DNA of 64,000 nt from Lama guanicoe (Eukaryota): NCBI GenBank assembly GCA_013239625.1, contig MU054400.1, positions 3,417,032-3,481,031 of the forward strand, given 5' to 3'. Below are positions 1 to 14,345 of the stretch, piece by piece. The notes beneath the pieces are model-generated. The model had not been told where the DNA came from and did not search any database. It saw only the letters and a list, made by a program, of their open reading frames with translations. How positions within the stretch are numbered: the first letter of the stretch is position 1; each line of letters begins with the position of its first letter. The position numbers and the translations under genes were made by a program.

Positions 1-552
1 TTGATCATTAGGACACACATTCTGTTCTGAAAATAAATCTGCCCCAGGAATTACTTGAGTTCTTTGTTTTACAATGCAAATAATCAAAAAATCTCAAAAG
101 AACCCACAAAACAACTCTTATACCCCACATTCTAAGCAATCTGGATCTAGGACTCCTTATTAAACCATTAGAAGAAATGAATCCCCCACAGAAAAACTTA
201 AATTGCATCCATATTTTTCTACTGTTTTCTGTGAGACTCAATGCTTCTCATTAAACAAGTGGAAATCTCATCTAGTTGAAATCTGTAAATTGTGATTTCT
301 AGATTTTTACCCAAAGATGGCAAGTAAAAATCATGTCAAATTTCCGGAGTATTTCTATTAAATAAAAATAAAGACCGCATTCCCATTTTACTTCACTGAT
401 TACAACAAATATTGTATTAGTTCCTGAAACTGTAAACACTGGATCTTTTTTTTATCTTATTAAAATACTAATTAAAGCAATGTTTCTTCAGTTATCTGAC
501 ACATACACATGTAACACAATAACGGTCCTAGTGCAACTCAGGGAGTTCTCAC

Positions 553-697
553 CTGCAAAGTCGAATATGTGTACGGATAGTGATAGGCAAAGTAGCACAC
601 ATCATCCTTATGTGGGAAACTGACAGTGAATGTAATTGTGTAGTAGGACTTCCCCTTCTGCCCGCCTGCAGCAACCGAACTTCTTGAGAAGTGATTT
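553..697 (-). CDS. AGTPBP1: AGTPBP1 exon, 145 nt ([48 protein letters not shown])
   Basis: YPYTYS motif; CAG acceptor, GTGAGA donor; gene continues beyond base 1. Confidence 0.98.
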
Positions 698-929
698 CTG
701 CAGTAGAAGAGCATAAAACGTGTTTATTTCATCCACACCAAAATTCTGATTTTTCTTGCTATTTTATTAAACAGAATTTCAGGAAAAAAAGAAAAACCAT
801 CATTTGTAAAAAGTGTTAACTTAAATACCCTTAAAAAATAGACTTGGTATTAATAAAGCAGTTAATTGCTATCAGCCAACATCATTACTTTCCACTCCTG
901 GATTTATGAATTAAATAGTTACTGCTCTG

Positions 930-1770
930 TACGTCAGTAAAAGTTTTAGATCCCCATTCTTTGCTAGCCATACACATAACTGGATCACCAATGGCTGTGA
1001 CAACCGTTAGATGAAAGGCTGATGGATCAGATGACAATTCCTGAATTCACTAATCAACTTTAAGATTACAAAAAAGAAATAACCAGAGATTATATGCTTC
1101 CTGATGTGATGCAATAGGAATTCCCTGCACCATCTATGAAGGATTCTCATCAAAAATCAAACCTAAAGTTGATCAGGCTTCTAGATCTAACTACTAGTTT
1201 GTAAGAAATTGGTGGGATAGAAGAATTCATTAACACCTCAGGGCTGAAATCAGCAAAATCCAAAATGTGGAAAATCCTGCATGGTAAGTGAATGATCTAG
1301 TTTCTTCAATAAATAAAGGAGAAATTTAAAAAGGGAAAAAGGAGGCCTATAAATTGAGACTCAAGGGACATATCCACAAAAATCAAATGCAATGTGGGGT
1401 CCCTTGGTTGGACTGATTGAAACAAACCAACTATAAAGTAACATTTATGAGACAGCTGAGGAAATCTGAACATTGCCTGGATATTTTACCATATTAAGGA
1501 ATTTTCTTCGGTATGATAATGGCATTGTGGTTAAACTGTCTTAAATATGTATCTCTAAAAGACAAAAGCTTTTGAGATTTTGTGGATAAACCGTATCTGG
1601 AAATGCTTTAAAAAAATTCAGTGTGGAAGGAGGGGCGAACGTGTAGCTAAAACAAAACCATGTGCTGATCACTGTTGAGACTGAACGATGCATACATGGG
1701 GCCTCACCGTCCTGTTACCTGCTTTTGTAAATGTCTGGAGACTTCCCTAATAAAAAGTTTTTAAAACCAC
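930..1770 (+). mobile_element. Old L1 (L1ME/MC-type) 3' UTR remnant
   Basis: Motifs such as aaatgcaatgtggggtccctt, ggatattt..atattaagga and a terminal taataaaaag. Confidence 0.6.
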
Positions 1771-3789
1771 ATATTACTTGCCAGACTTAAAATATCACTG
1801 GCATATAATGACCTAAAGATGCCTTTGTCTGTCACCTTAATTTCTAAAATTTCAAATCACTGGGTATTGTTTAAGCCATGAACTGAAGGAAAATCCAGGG
1901 CCTCTAGATTATTTACTCATGCACAAAGGCATTCAAGGTAGAGCACATTCTTAGAACTAGTCTGGGATCAGGATTTCTAATACAATTTTGTAAAAAATCA
2001 AGCTTGTGATTAATGAAAATAAAAGAACATTGACCCAAAACAAATTAGATCATCTTTATTAACTTAACCACTATATCTTGACTCAATGACAGAGTGCTAA
2101 GGGTTGACGAAAATTCAAAACGAGGTCTAGAAGTACATCCTGCCGACTCTTTCCCCCCAAAAATGTAACATCTAATTGAAGAGGTATTTTTGCCACCAGA
2201 CTACAGCTACACCACACTACGGCCACACACGGCAGTCCATAGGTTATGTCCTCTCATATACTCATGGAAGGCAGTTTAATTCTCATTTTAAAGATGAGAC
2301 AAACAAGTATGAGAGGCCTTGGCCAACACGAAGTTAAAAGACGATGCAAAAACAGTAGATTTTAATCCCCACTACCTGGATTTCAGGCTTGAGGAAAGCA
2401 ACTAGAACAGCGCTTGTTAGGTAGAAAGTGGTTAATATGTCTCTGTTGAACTGGCCTGAGTTCCAATCCCAGCTCTGGAAGTAGCCAAAAGAAAAACATA
2501 AAAACTAAACAGACAAAAAGCCTTGACATCACATCTTACATAGAACAACCCTCTGTCATGCTTTGACCATTCACTTTACAGTGTGCAATCACTGATTGAT
2601 GATTTCTACTGTGCAAAAGCAAAGCATGAAAGAAATAACACTTTCTGAGAAAAAACTGTTTCGTCCTTTAACAAATTAAATCATTCTGCCAAAATCTAAC
2701 CAAGCACTTTCCACATCATCACTTCCTCACTCCAACTTTATGAGAAAGAGATAAATGATGAGAGTATTTTTATACTAGCCTAGCATTAAAAGAAACATGA
2801 AATTTATTCAGGGGAAGATAAATTACATATAAACTTTTACTTCTGTTCCTCATTGATTTACTATTTATTTTGCTAATAAAAGGGGGGAATCCCTACTGAG
2901 ATGAAGTCCAAGGGACATTTCTTTCTGAGGAAGTACAGTACCTAAGCCTTAGGTTTTTCCAAAGCCATGACTAAACCGTTAAAAACAGCTTAATCTTAGA
3001 AGTCTTCCTCCTCCAACTGACAAAACTAAGAGAAGGGATACTAGTGCAAGTTAATAAGCACAATATAAAACATAAAAAGTCAAAACCCACTAAACAGAAG
3101 TGCCAGGATTAAGATGAACGACAGAGAAGAAACAGGGATGTCTATTAACAGAGGAACTGGTGGATGAAAGTTATCTTGAAACATATTACACGCAGAAACA
3201 GTAAACGTAGGAAGCAAGGCATACGATAACCCTAGATTACTTGGACGTGACGTTGAAGAACAGTCCAGTTATTCCATGGAAGCAATAAATGATCTCTAGT
3301 ACGTATTTCTAACTTGATAAGTAACCACCTATTTGACGTCAAAGCTGAAATAAAGTAACTGTGGAATACAGCTCCAGGTAAACTATTTTGGAAGTTAAAA
3401 TGAGGCAGACATTTGCGTGCAGAAAAGATAAGAAGTATACTTAATATCATCGGAGCAACCAAAAAAACCACTGTAAATTATTTCCTAGAATTTCTAATTT
3501 CGGTCTTATTCAATGAAGTTTTCAGAATTTTAAAGCTAAAACAGTTGAAGACACATTTAAGTAGGGGAGACAAGATTTGGACTGAAGTCTGTCTTTCTAT
3601 AAAACATACTTTATTTCCACTAAATATGCCCCTTAAATGGATCTCAAATTTTAAAAACTCTGTTAGAAGTAACACTAAAGCATATCGCCACAATGCAAAG
3701 AACACAGTAACTCTACCTTTTAAGTTGAAATAGGATGAAGTTAATATTTCCTTCTGTAAACTGATGTCCTGTTATTCTCAGAATACTTA

Positions 3790-3954
<165 letters not shown>

Positions 3955-5834
3955 TTAATCTTGCCATTGTAAAAAGCACCAAACATTCGGGAGAGATAAA
4001 AGAAAATACATTTTAGTTTTTTAGTATATATTTTTAAAAAAATCTGAGATCTTTCTTTAAAATCTCCTTAATCAATCAACAATATGTTCTTATTGCCAGT
4101 TTTAAAAAAGTAAAATGAGATTGTATGTTCAATGAGTGAAGTCATTAAACTTTTTTCTATTACCTTTCCTTATTAGATCAGTTAAAAAAAACAAAGAACA
4201 TATATTATATATAAAAAAACAAGGAATGTATGTTATATATATTATGTATATTCCTTATAACAAGTGAAACAGACAAACACATACTAAAAAGTAAGTATGA
4301 TCACCTCTCTAACTCTCCACAGATTCCATCCACACTGAGGTAAGGAAAACAATGCCACCAAAATGGCACGACTGCTTTCTTCCTCAACCTCCTCCATACA
4401 AACAGGTATTTATAGCATGCATGGGGGAGCAGGAGGGAAGGGGGAGGAGGCAGGACTGTTAACAAACACAGGATTAAATAGTATATTTTCTAGGGTAGTT
4501 TTAGAAATATACTTTCCACATAAACTTTAAAATCACCTTACCCAATTTCATAAAATAATGTACTAGGTTTCTAACTGGAATTAATGAAATTCATATGTTA
4601 ATCTTGGAAAGGCTGACAATTTTTATTGAGATATAGTTTGACTTTCCTTAAATCCCAACTTAACGATAAAATCATTTTCTTCCTGCAGAATCATTATGTT
4701 AAACTTCCGAGTATTTTCATCAGTCTTTAATAGTCTCTTGGGTTTTCTAGGCATGTAAATCATATCATTTGCAATTTAAAATATTTTATCTCCTCTTTTA
4801 GTATTTGTATCACTTTATTTTCTGCTTTTATTGTATTGAGAGACATGAAACAACATCAAAACAATTCTGAATATTGCCATAAGAACAAAACTCTACCTTG
4901 TTCACAATTTTAATCAAAATATTTTTCTATTCAATGTAATATTTGCCAATTGTTTTTCACAAACCAACTTTATCATATTTAAATAATAAAAAGAGCTAAC
5001 ACTGAATAATTTATATGTGCCAGCCACTGTTCTAAGTCTTTTTACGTATGTTAAGCCATTAACTCCTCATCACTACCCTCTATGGTAGGTGCTATGGTTA
5101 TTCCCATAGCTGGAGCAGTTTCTTCCATAATTTCTATTAAACTTAAGTGTTTTAATTAGTTTATCAAATTTCAGCATCCACTAATAGAATTACATGGCTT
5201 TTCTCCTTTAACCTGCTGAGGCAGTAAATTACGTTGACCCTAGCATTCCAGGAAAATGCTGTTCTTTTACTGGTAATGATTAAATTGACTAAATTTCATT
5301 TAGAATTTTGCACCTAAATATTGGTCTTTTATTTAAAAAAATTACCTTTACCAAGGATTGGTATAAGAGTACACTAGCTTCAGAAAATATATTTTAAAAC
5401 TGTCCATCATTTATTGGAATAAAAGCACAATCTAATTTTTTAAAGTAAAAATAAGTCAGCTAGAATATCATCGTGATACGGTGACTAATATATTTTTATT
5501 TCCTTTTCAACAGTTTTAATCTGTTCAGAATCTCCACTTTTTCCTATTTTCAGAATTTCTATGTTTGTTCCATTTCTATCTCGTGATCTTTGACATTTAA
5601 AAATATTCTCTTACTTCTTTTGGTTTTTTTTTTATCTTTCTAATATCTTAAGTTCAGTACTTATTTTTTAAGTACTTAAAAACTGAGTACTTAAGTTGAA
5701 TAATAACTTATTTTCAGTCTTTTTTAATTTTAAATAATGCAGTTATTAGAGGTGTTCTATTTTCCTCTAAATACTAGTTTAGCTATGTCCCATAAGTCTA
5801 TAAAGTGATCTCCTTTGCAGTACTTTCTACATTA

Positions 5835-5970
5835 GAGCCATCCAATTGGACTTTGTCAGAATGAAAATGTTTCATATCTGCATGGTCCAATGTGGCCACC
5901 ACTGGCCATACGTGGCTGTTAAGCACAGGAAAAGAGCCTAGCGCCACTAAAGAACTGAATTTTAAATTCT
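5835..5970 (+). mobile_element. MER3/MER33-like hAT-Charlie fragment
   Basis: tccaatgtggccaccactggccatacgtggctgttaagcac...gaactgaattttaaatt resembles the recalled MER3 core. Confidence 0.6.
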
Positions 5971-6079
5971 CACAATAACTGTCCCCTAATGAGGTGGTAT
6001 TTCTTGGAGCTTTTGCTCCACCTATGTGGGTGCCATGTGGTTATGGTTATTGTGTTGTATAAAGGCTTGTGCTCTATAC

Positions 6080-6703
6080 ATCAAAGAAAACCATCAACAA
6101 AATGAAACCTCAACCTAACAAATGGGAGAAAATATTTGCAAATCATGTATCTGATAAGGGGTTAATATCCAAAATACATGAAGAGCTCATACAACTCAAT
6201 AGCAAAAAATCTAACTGAAAAGTGGGCAGAGGATCTGAATGGACACTTCCCAAAGAAGACACAGAGATGGCCAACAGGTACATGAAAAGGTACTCAACAT
6301 CACTCGTCATCAGGAAAATGCAAACCAAAACTGCAATGAGATATCCCCTCTCACTTGCTAGAATGGCTATTATTAGAAAGACAAGAAATAACAAGTGTTG
6401 ATGAGAATGTGAAGAAAAGAGAGCACTTGTGCACCGTTGGTGGGAATGTAAATTGGTGCAGCCACTATGGAAAACAGTACAGAGATTGCTCAAATAATTA
6501 AAAATAGAGTTACCACATGATCCAGAAGTTCCACTTCCTCGTATTTATCCTTAAAAAAAACAAACTTAAAAAGACATAAGGACCTCCCCATGTTCAACGC
6601 AGCATTACTTAACAAGAGTCTGCACACGGAAGCAACTTAAGTGTCCACTGATGAATGAGTGGATAAAGAAGATGTGGTATATATATATATAAAATGTGTG
6701 CAT

Positions 6704-6743
<40 letters not shown>

Positions 6744-7266
6744 GTATAATGGAATATTATTTAGCCATAGAAAAGAAGGAAATCTTGCTATTTGCAACAA
6801 CATGGATGGAACTTGAGGGCAATACACTGATAAGTGAAATAAGTTGGAGAGAGAAAGACAAATACTGTATGATCTTGCTTATGTGTGGAATGTTAAAAAA
6901 ATTAAAAATTAAACAAAAGAAATTCATAGACACAGAGAACAGATGGCAGCTGCCAGAGGCAGGGGATGGAGGGGTTGGTCAAAGTGGTGAAAAGGTATGA
7001 ACTTCCAGTTATAAAATAACTAAGTCATGGTGATACAATATACAACATGGTGACTACAGTTAATAATACTAAAGTTCATGTGTGTAAGCTGTTGAAGAGA
7101 ATAGACCTTAAGAATTCCCAGCACAAGAAAAAAAAAGTCTATAACTATGATGATAGGTGATGGATGTTAACTAGACTTAATGTGGTGATCATTTCACAAT
7201 GTACACATTGAATCAGGTTGTACACCTGAAATTAATACAATGTTATATGTCAATTATATCTCAATG
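6080..7266 (+). mobile_element. L1 (L1MA-like) ORF2 end plus 3' UTR, with internal (GT)n at 6707-6741
   Basis: EKIFANHVSDKGLISKI-type ORF2 C-terminus; ends tgttatatgtcaattatatctcaat. Confidence 0.9.
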
Positions 7267-8069
7267 AGAAAAGGTCTGTAATCATTATAGCATCTTCAAG
7301 GACTGCAACTTGTAAATTCACAGTGTCTAGTCAGTGCTTTTGACCCTGAATTATTCTTTATCTGACATTAATATTACCACTTTTTCTTTATTTTATTTGC
7401 ATTTACAGAGTTTATCTCTGCCCAACCATCTATTTCAGCTTTATCACTTAATACACACACCCACACACATTGTCCCTGCCCTACACACTGTGTAACTTTC
7501 AATATCTGGCCTTTGAGGACACTTCAGCTCATAGCAATGACAGATACACAGTGCACTTCATTCCATCCATCCTATTTTCTTCCTACTGGTCACTAAATGC
7601 TTTGTCTCCTTCTTTACACCTTCTTACTTTACTTGCTTGGTTGCCTTTTTCCCCATTTCCTTTCCTTCTTCTGTCACTTGGAAGCTTTCTATTGTGCTTC
7701 TCAATTCCACCTCCCATCCCATAGTTAAGATTAACTGGCATTTCTCTAAAACTGTATCACATTAAATAACTGAGCAACCCCACCAAGACAAGTTAGCCTT
7801 CACTTCTCCCATGGCACCCCTTTTAAAATGTTTTTCTTAACACATTTTTATAAATTCCCAGTCTTCCATCTTCAGATCTTTTTCTTCATTTATTTTTCTC
7901 GGGGAGGGTTCACAGGAGCAGATTTTCTGAATTCTACATACACAAAGATGAAGTCTGCTGGCAGTGACAAACAAATGATAGAGTTTGCAAAAGACATCTG
8001 GCTATCCTCTAGCTTCCAGCGACAGAGATGAGAAGTCCAATACTAACCCAATTTCTCCCCACGCAGGAC

Positions 8070-8280
8070 AACACAGTGATTAGGGCACATGGCCTGTGAC
8101 CGGACTACCCGGGTCTGGATTCCAGCGTCACCACGTGTCAGACGCACGATCCCTGGCGGATAACTAAACCACCTATTGCCCCCTTGTTTGTTGTGTGGAT
8201 TAAAAGTGCCCCATGTGTCGGCAGTAAAAGAAGACCTGGCACATGACAAATTTTCAATAAACGTTAGCTGCTGCTATGAT
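8070..8280 (+). mobile_element. MIR SINE
   Basis: cagtgattagggcacatggc...gttgtgtggattaaa...cctggcaca..tcaataaacgttagctg. Confidence 0.6.
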
Positions 8281-9369
8281 GATGATGTAAGTTCTTCTAA
8301 AGTAGAAGTATGTTAAGATTTTCACTTTACACCTGAAACTCAAGTATTTCACTGGTACATATAAAAGATTCCTGTCTTCCCTATTTCTTCCTAGGAGTCA
8401 GCGAGCCGTTTCAGTGTGAAACTTCCACCTCCTCCAGGCACACAAAACTCATAATAATGCTTAATTGCAGTAAAGGCAGAACAAGGTTCAGGCTGAGGTC
8501 AAAGAGCATATTAGACTTATCTGAAGTGTTCCAATTTTATAAAAGACAATGTATTCTTATATCACTTTTTAAATGATGGTTCATTCTGGTTACAGTGAAG
8601 GGAGCTATATTCGGAAAGTCCGACTATAACAGAAAACGTCTGAACAAAACAGGCTGCCCCCGTAAGAATCAATCAAATGAGGTAACTCAGTTCGAGTAAG
8701 CCACACTCAACTCAACCTGATACAGAAAGGCCATACTTGGGTAACTGATTTAGTCATTAGCCAAAGGGTAAATCTTTACGTGTATCAAATAAATATGCCA
8801 AGAATTGTCCGTCTGGCCACCTGGATACAGATAACCAAAATATTAAATTGCCACAGTGAAACCAGGATCCACTGGCACTGGCCTCTAATAATATCCATGG
8901 AAAGGCCGAAGTTGTGCTGACAGCATGTGCAGTACCAGATGCGGATACAGAGACAGACAAGCGCTCAACGTACCGGGAATCACAGACATAACGTTTTCAA
9001 GTTGAGGCTGACACCCTCATTTAACAGATGAGGGGGACAAGAAGAGTCTAAAGTGGAGCTTGAACAGCCTGAAGGTACCCATCACAAGCTGCACGTGTCA
9101 CCTGGACTCAGTAACTCTACAGAGAAAAAATACATGCTTCGAATACGGCTGGTGTTACAGTAAGGAGTCATACTAAAAATAGGAAGGTGAGATTCTTGGT
9201 CTGGTGGATAACGGTAGCCATTTGAATCAGAATCCCTCCACATATCCTCACCAAAAACAAATAAATAAATGCAGCAAGTAGCACAAATAAAACCTCACAT
9301 GCCCCAGGCCTTCAGCATCACCGCCAGACGGAATACAGCAAACTTCAAATTACTTATAAGTAGAAAAAT

Positions 9370-11220
9370 GGGCAAAGATACAAGGGAAATGGAAACAATA
9401 AAGCAGGGGTTGAAATCCTGAGATCAAAGTAGATTTCAGGCCAAAAAATACTAAGTGAGACAAAGAAGGAATTTTATAAAGTTACAATTCACAGTGAAAA
9501 TAGAGCAAGACTATGCACCAGGTAAGACCAATTTCCTACATGAAGCATAAGCTACAGGAAATACTGAAGTAAAATAGAAACATATTATTGATAGTAGACT
9601 CTAACACTCCACTCTCAGTACAAAACAGACAAATTGAACAAAAATTAAGGATATGTATATAGATCTAAATTAGAGAATTAATAAGGCAAATCTTATGTAC
9701 GCATGTAGAACACTGTGTAGTGATAACAGAGAATATACCTTCTTCTCAGAGTATGTGGAATAGTCACAAAAATTGAGCATATATTAGATCAAAAGGAAAT
9801 ATAAGTTCCATAAAAGAGGAATCTTACAAACAAAACTGTCTGGTGACCATGTAATAAAACTAGAAATTAAAAACAAAATGGAAAAAAGCAGAAAGGACAC
9901 CCATGCGGGGGGCGGGGGAGGCAGGTCGACTTGGGTGTCAGACCCTGAATGAGGTGAGGAGGGCGTCTGCCCAGAGGTACAGAGCAGAGACAGCTACATA
10001 TGCTGGAACTGATCAAATAAGCAAACATATTAAGAATAATAGAAGCCACAGTTCCCCATGCTGGAGAAGGAAGTTGTAAATATGGAGAGAAAACTAGAAA
10101 ACGAGATAAAGCCTGTGGAAGTGACGGTGTCAGTGTGACCTCATGGAGACACTGTGTGTGTACATATGTGTGTGTGTAGCATATAACACACACACACACA
10201 CACACACACAAATAAACATACACACACATATAAACTACTATAAACGAAAATCCTGTACAAATGTTTGTATATACAAACATATCCCCTACGTCTATCCATG
10301 GACAGGTCCAACAACAATGTACACACTATGCATACAGATCTTGTTTTAAAATACCATTCTCCACTAAAACAAAGCAGTGCTCTTTGAAGAAATGACTGTT
10401 TCTAGGCGGGGGCAGGGAAAGGCAAGATGAGCCCTGAGCATCTTGTGCCAAAAAGCAAGGGTGCCCTGAAGAAAGATGGGGACATGTCAGAAGAACACAC
10501 AAGCCAGCATGAAGGGATCCCAATGGCCAAGTCTTTGGAAATTTAAATATTAAATAATAATAATAGCAGCAAATCACAACCCACCAAGTAAGACAGGAAA
10601 CCAATTCTATACCGATATTCATATGTAAAATACTTACTAATAACAAAAAGAAAAATGGTAACTTTACAATGAATATGCCTGGCAGAAACCAACTTAATCA
10701 AGTGATTAAATGATTATTACCAGCAACAGAACAGGCAAAATCCTGTATCACCAGAACACAGCATCACTTCTGTGATACTCCTGCCAAAGATGACTGACTT
10801 AAATCATACGGTGAAGAACAGGAGACAACCCCAAACTGAGAACCAGTCTACAGAGTAAGTGCTATAATTTTCAAAAATGTCAAGGTCATGAACCTTAAAG
10901 ACCGCAAAACTGTTCCTGGCTAAACTAGTCTAGCGACTCGACGACTAAATACAGTGTGTGGTTTGAGCTGAATCCTTATGCAGTTAAGGTCATCACTGAG
11001 AAAACAGGTGAAACTAAAATAGGGGTCTAAGGATTAGATGAGATTCATGTACAATAATCTCATGTTGACAGTTATCCTGCAGTTAAACAGAAAAATGCCA
11101 TGTTTGCGCAAAACATACTGGAAGTGTTTTCTAGGGTGATTGGGCATCACTTTCCATGCCCAACGTGGATAAAGAGTACTTTTCTGTAAGTTTGAAATTA
11201 TATATAAAAAACATTTAGAA
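9370..11220 (+). mobile_element. Degraded L1: ORF2 endonuclease fragments then L1MC/MD-type 3' UTR, (CA)n at 10186-10210
   Basis: aaagtagatttcaggcc, gactctaacactccactctcagta, gagccctgagcatcttgtgcca, cagcatcacttctgtgata motifs. Confidence 0.65.
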
Positions 11221-13559
11221 AATGATGATCATAAATTGAACGAGTCTCTTGATAAGCTATTTTGTGTGCATCATTTTATGTTTCTAATGGGATCTTTATA
11301 GTTCTTCCACCCATTGCCTCACTTTATTTAACAAATATTTACTAAACATCTAACTAAATGCCTTACTATAAATACAGTGGTCAGCAACAGAAATACTCTC
11401 CCTGGCCTTGTAGAATATACACACAAGCTTGGTGGGGGAAGGGGGGCGGACACAAGGAGGGGAAGTATTAATTAGCCACATACAAAAACAACATGAAACT
11501 GTGAAGAGCACCCTAAAAGGAGAAAATTGCAAGGAGCTCTTATGAAGGGGACCGATGCAGTCTGGGGAGTCGGGGAAAACTTCTTCAGTCAAGAGACAGC
11601 TCAGCTCAACTTCAAAGTACGGAATCAACTAATGTGAGCAAGGTGGGAATGCGACAGAATTGACTCCAAAATTCCATTTTGTTGCCTGCTTCCACATATG
11701 TTCACTTTATGTAAGAAGCTGGTTTAAAATCTTCATGTCTCTGGGAGACTTGGGAGAGGAAGGGTGAGGGAGAAAGAGGGAGCTCCCCCGAAAGCTCCAC
11801 GTTATCAAAACGCAAGACTGCCATCTAGTGGTGACTTGAGCAAACCTCCTTCAAGCGATGGGGGGAAGGGGAGAGGAAGGGCTGGATAGGACACGTACAT
11901 ACCAGCGTCATACAGGGACATCCATTCTCAAACACAAATTCACAAAAAAATATTCATTGTGAGAAAACCAAAGCTAAGAAAACCACGTATTTAATGGAAT
12001 TACCTAAAAATTCTCCAAGAAAAGGGCAACTTGAGAAAAAAAGGAACTGTAACTCTGTCCATGTGGGGGGCACTGCCAAAGAACAAGACCTCTAGTGCGC
12101 ACATGTGCTAGAAGAACCCAACATCTGAATACTCTCCCAAGCAGCACGTCCCCATGAAAAGCCAAAAAAATTTTTACAATTTCCTAATTATTTGCTGACT
12201 GCAATCATGTATGGCAATTAAGTAAATTCTTCTGGCTGAAGAAGCTTTCACTGCAAATATTTTCCTTAGACATCAGTCCCATCTCTGCAGTGAATGCAAC
12301 ATGGATCTGACGACAGGAACACTAACTACCTAGCTAGTTATCATTTCTTGAAGTGTTGAACTCTAATTTACTAAAATATTGGCCCCTTCTGACTCCACTG
12401 ATGTTCTTACACGTCAAGATTTGCCATTTGCTGCATTAACTGAACAAACCTAATAGTAGAGTTCATTTAAAAATTACAGCTACTTAACAACTCCTTCCGC
12501 AGTTTCTACCAACTTCCTAATTAAATACTTACAAACATAGAAAAATAAAAAGAAGATTCACAACAGACAACTTCTTGTCAGAATCTGGGAGGAATCGCTA
12601 CCAAACTTAAGGCAGATGGAGCAGGACTGAGAAAAGTCCAGTGCAGAATATGCTTCACAATCTATTTTTATGCACACATCTTATGGATTCCCACAGTTGT
12701 ACTACAACTTGAAGGCCCTTAAAGAACAACATATAAAGAAAATAAAGGAGAACAAAAATAGAAAATAGAAAAAAAAAAACCAAATGTATCAACTGTAAAA
12801 AACTTTAAATAGGTTAAAATCACGTATTAAAAGACAAAGGTTGAACAACAAAATGCAACCTCTTATTTATAAAAAGAATCAGCTAGATGTACCAAACAAA
12901 TTCAAACCAATATAATATAAAAATAGAATTGCGAGCAAAGGATACTGAATGGAATAAGTATGACTATTTTATACTGTTAATGGGTATATAAAGGAATAAA
13001 GAAAAGTTATAAACGTCTACGTGCTAAATGATACTGCATTCAAACAGAAATACATATATATTTAAATGAGGTCTTGACAGAAACATAATAGATGTGAAAG
13101 ACATTTTTTTAAAGTCTTCGGCAAACAGAGAAGATACAAAATAAACAAGGATACAGAAAACTGAATAAATGGATTTACAACAATAAACTTAACAATGTAT
13201 ACTAAATTATGTTACCAACAAAGAATATATATTATATTCCAAGAGCCCATGAACAAAAAAAATTCGACTAGGTATTAAGCCATAAAAATTATTCCAAATC
13301 ATAAATTTCACATCTGTGAACCAAACTGATTAAAATGTGACTATAATAAGAAAAATCATGACCAAAGTAATTTAACCACTAAAAATATAACAAGCCCCTT
13401 CCTAAATAATTCTTAGGTCAAAAAGGATACTTAAACCACACAAAAAGAAGCAACGTAGAAAATAACACGGAGGTCTTAGCATCAAACTCTAGAGGAGAGG
13501 GGTACAGAATCAGGCTGTAACTGAGATCCGATACAAAACCTAAATGCTCACAGAGGAGA

Positions 13560-14345
13560 GAGACCCTGAGCCCACCACCTTTCACAGGCACAGCTAAAGC
13601 ACAATTACTGCTGAACCATCAGTGGCAAAGGCCAGAACCTCCCAGGGAACATGTTCTACAACTAAATATATAAAGCAGAACCACAACGAGACAGGTGGTG
13701 GGGGGGCAGTCATGGCGTAGTCAAGACCTCTGGGCGGGCAAAGCACAAACAGGAGAATAAGTATCACTGCAGAGGTTCTCCCCGAGGAGCCAGGGGTCTG
13801 AGCCCCACACGAGGTTCCCCAGGCCGGGGCCCCGCACCAGGAAGACAAGCCAGCAGGGTTTACTTTCAGGAGAGCCATGGGGCTGTGGGACATAGAGATT
13901 CCACGCCACACAAACTCACACGTGCTCCAGGACCCAGGGAAGAAGTAATCTGAAACAAGCCTGCGTCAGACCCACCTGCTGGTCTTGGGAAGTCCCTCGG
14001 AGAGGTAGGAGGAACCTGGAGCTCGCCTAAGCACACAGGTGCTGGGGGCACCCATTCTGGGGAGCTTGCTCTACCAGGAGGACACCGGTGCTGGGAAGCA
14101 CCACCGTGGAATCCAGCCTACTGGCCCCAGGGCCCAGCCCTTCCCCCACCCAACAGCCTGGAGGCGCCAGTTCTGGGATGCCCGAGGCCAAGCAAGCAGA
14201 ACACAGCCCCATCCACCAACAGGCAGGCTGTCCTAAGAGCCCTTAAGACCCCTGAAGTGACAGCCACCCCAGACATGGCCATGCCCACCAGAGAACCCCG
14301 GACCCGGCCGCACACATCAGTGTGTGGGCATGAGACCCGGGACCC
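13560..14345 (+). mobile_element. Isolated GC-rich L1 5' UTR-like segment
   Basis: Sharp GC-rich block resembling laurasiatherian L1 5' UTRs, embedded in degraded AT-rich L1. Confidence 0.6.

Noticed and set aside
3232..3733. Overlapping 75-106 aa ORFs
   Set aside because: No recognisable protein or exon role; consistent with chance ORFs in intron
9867..10349. ORFs with CV or HT dipeptide repeats (also 6609-7000)
   Set aside because: Artefacts of (CA)n/(GT)n microsatellites within L1
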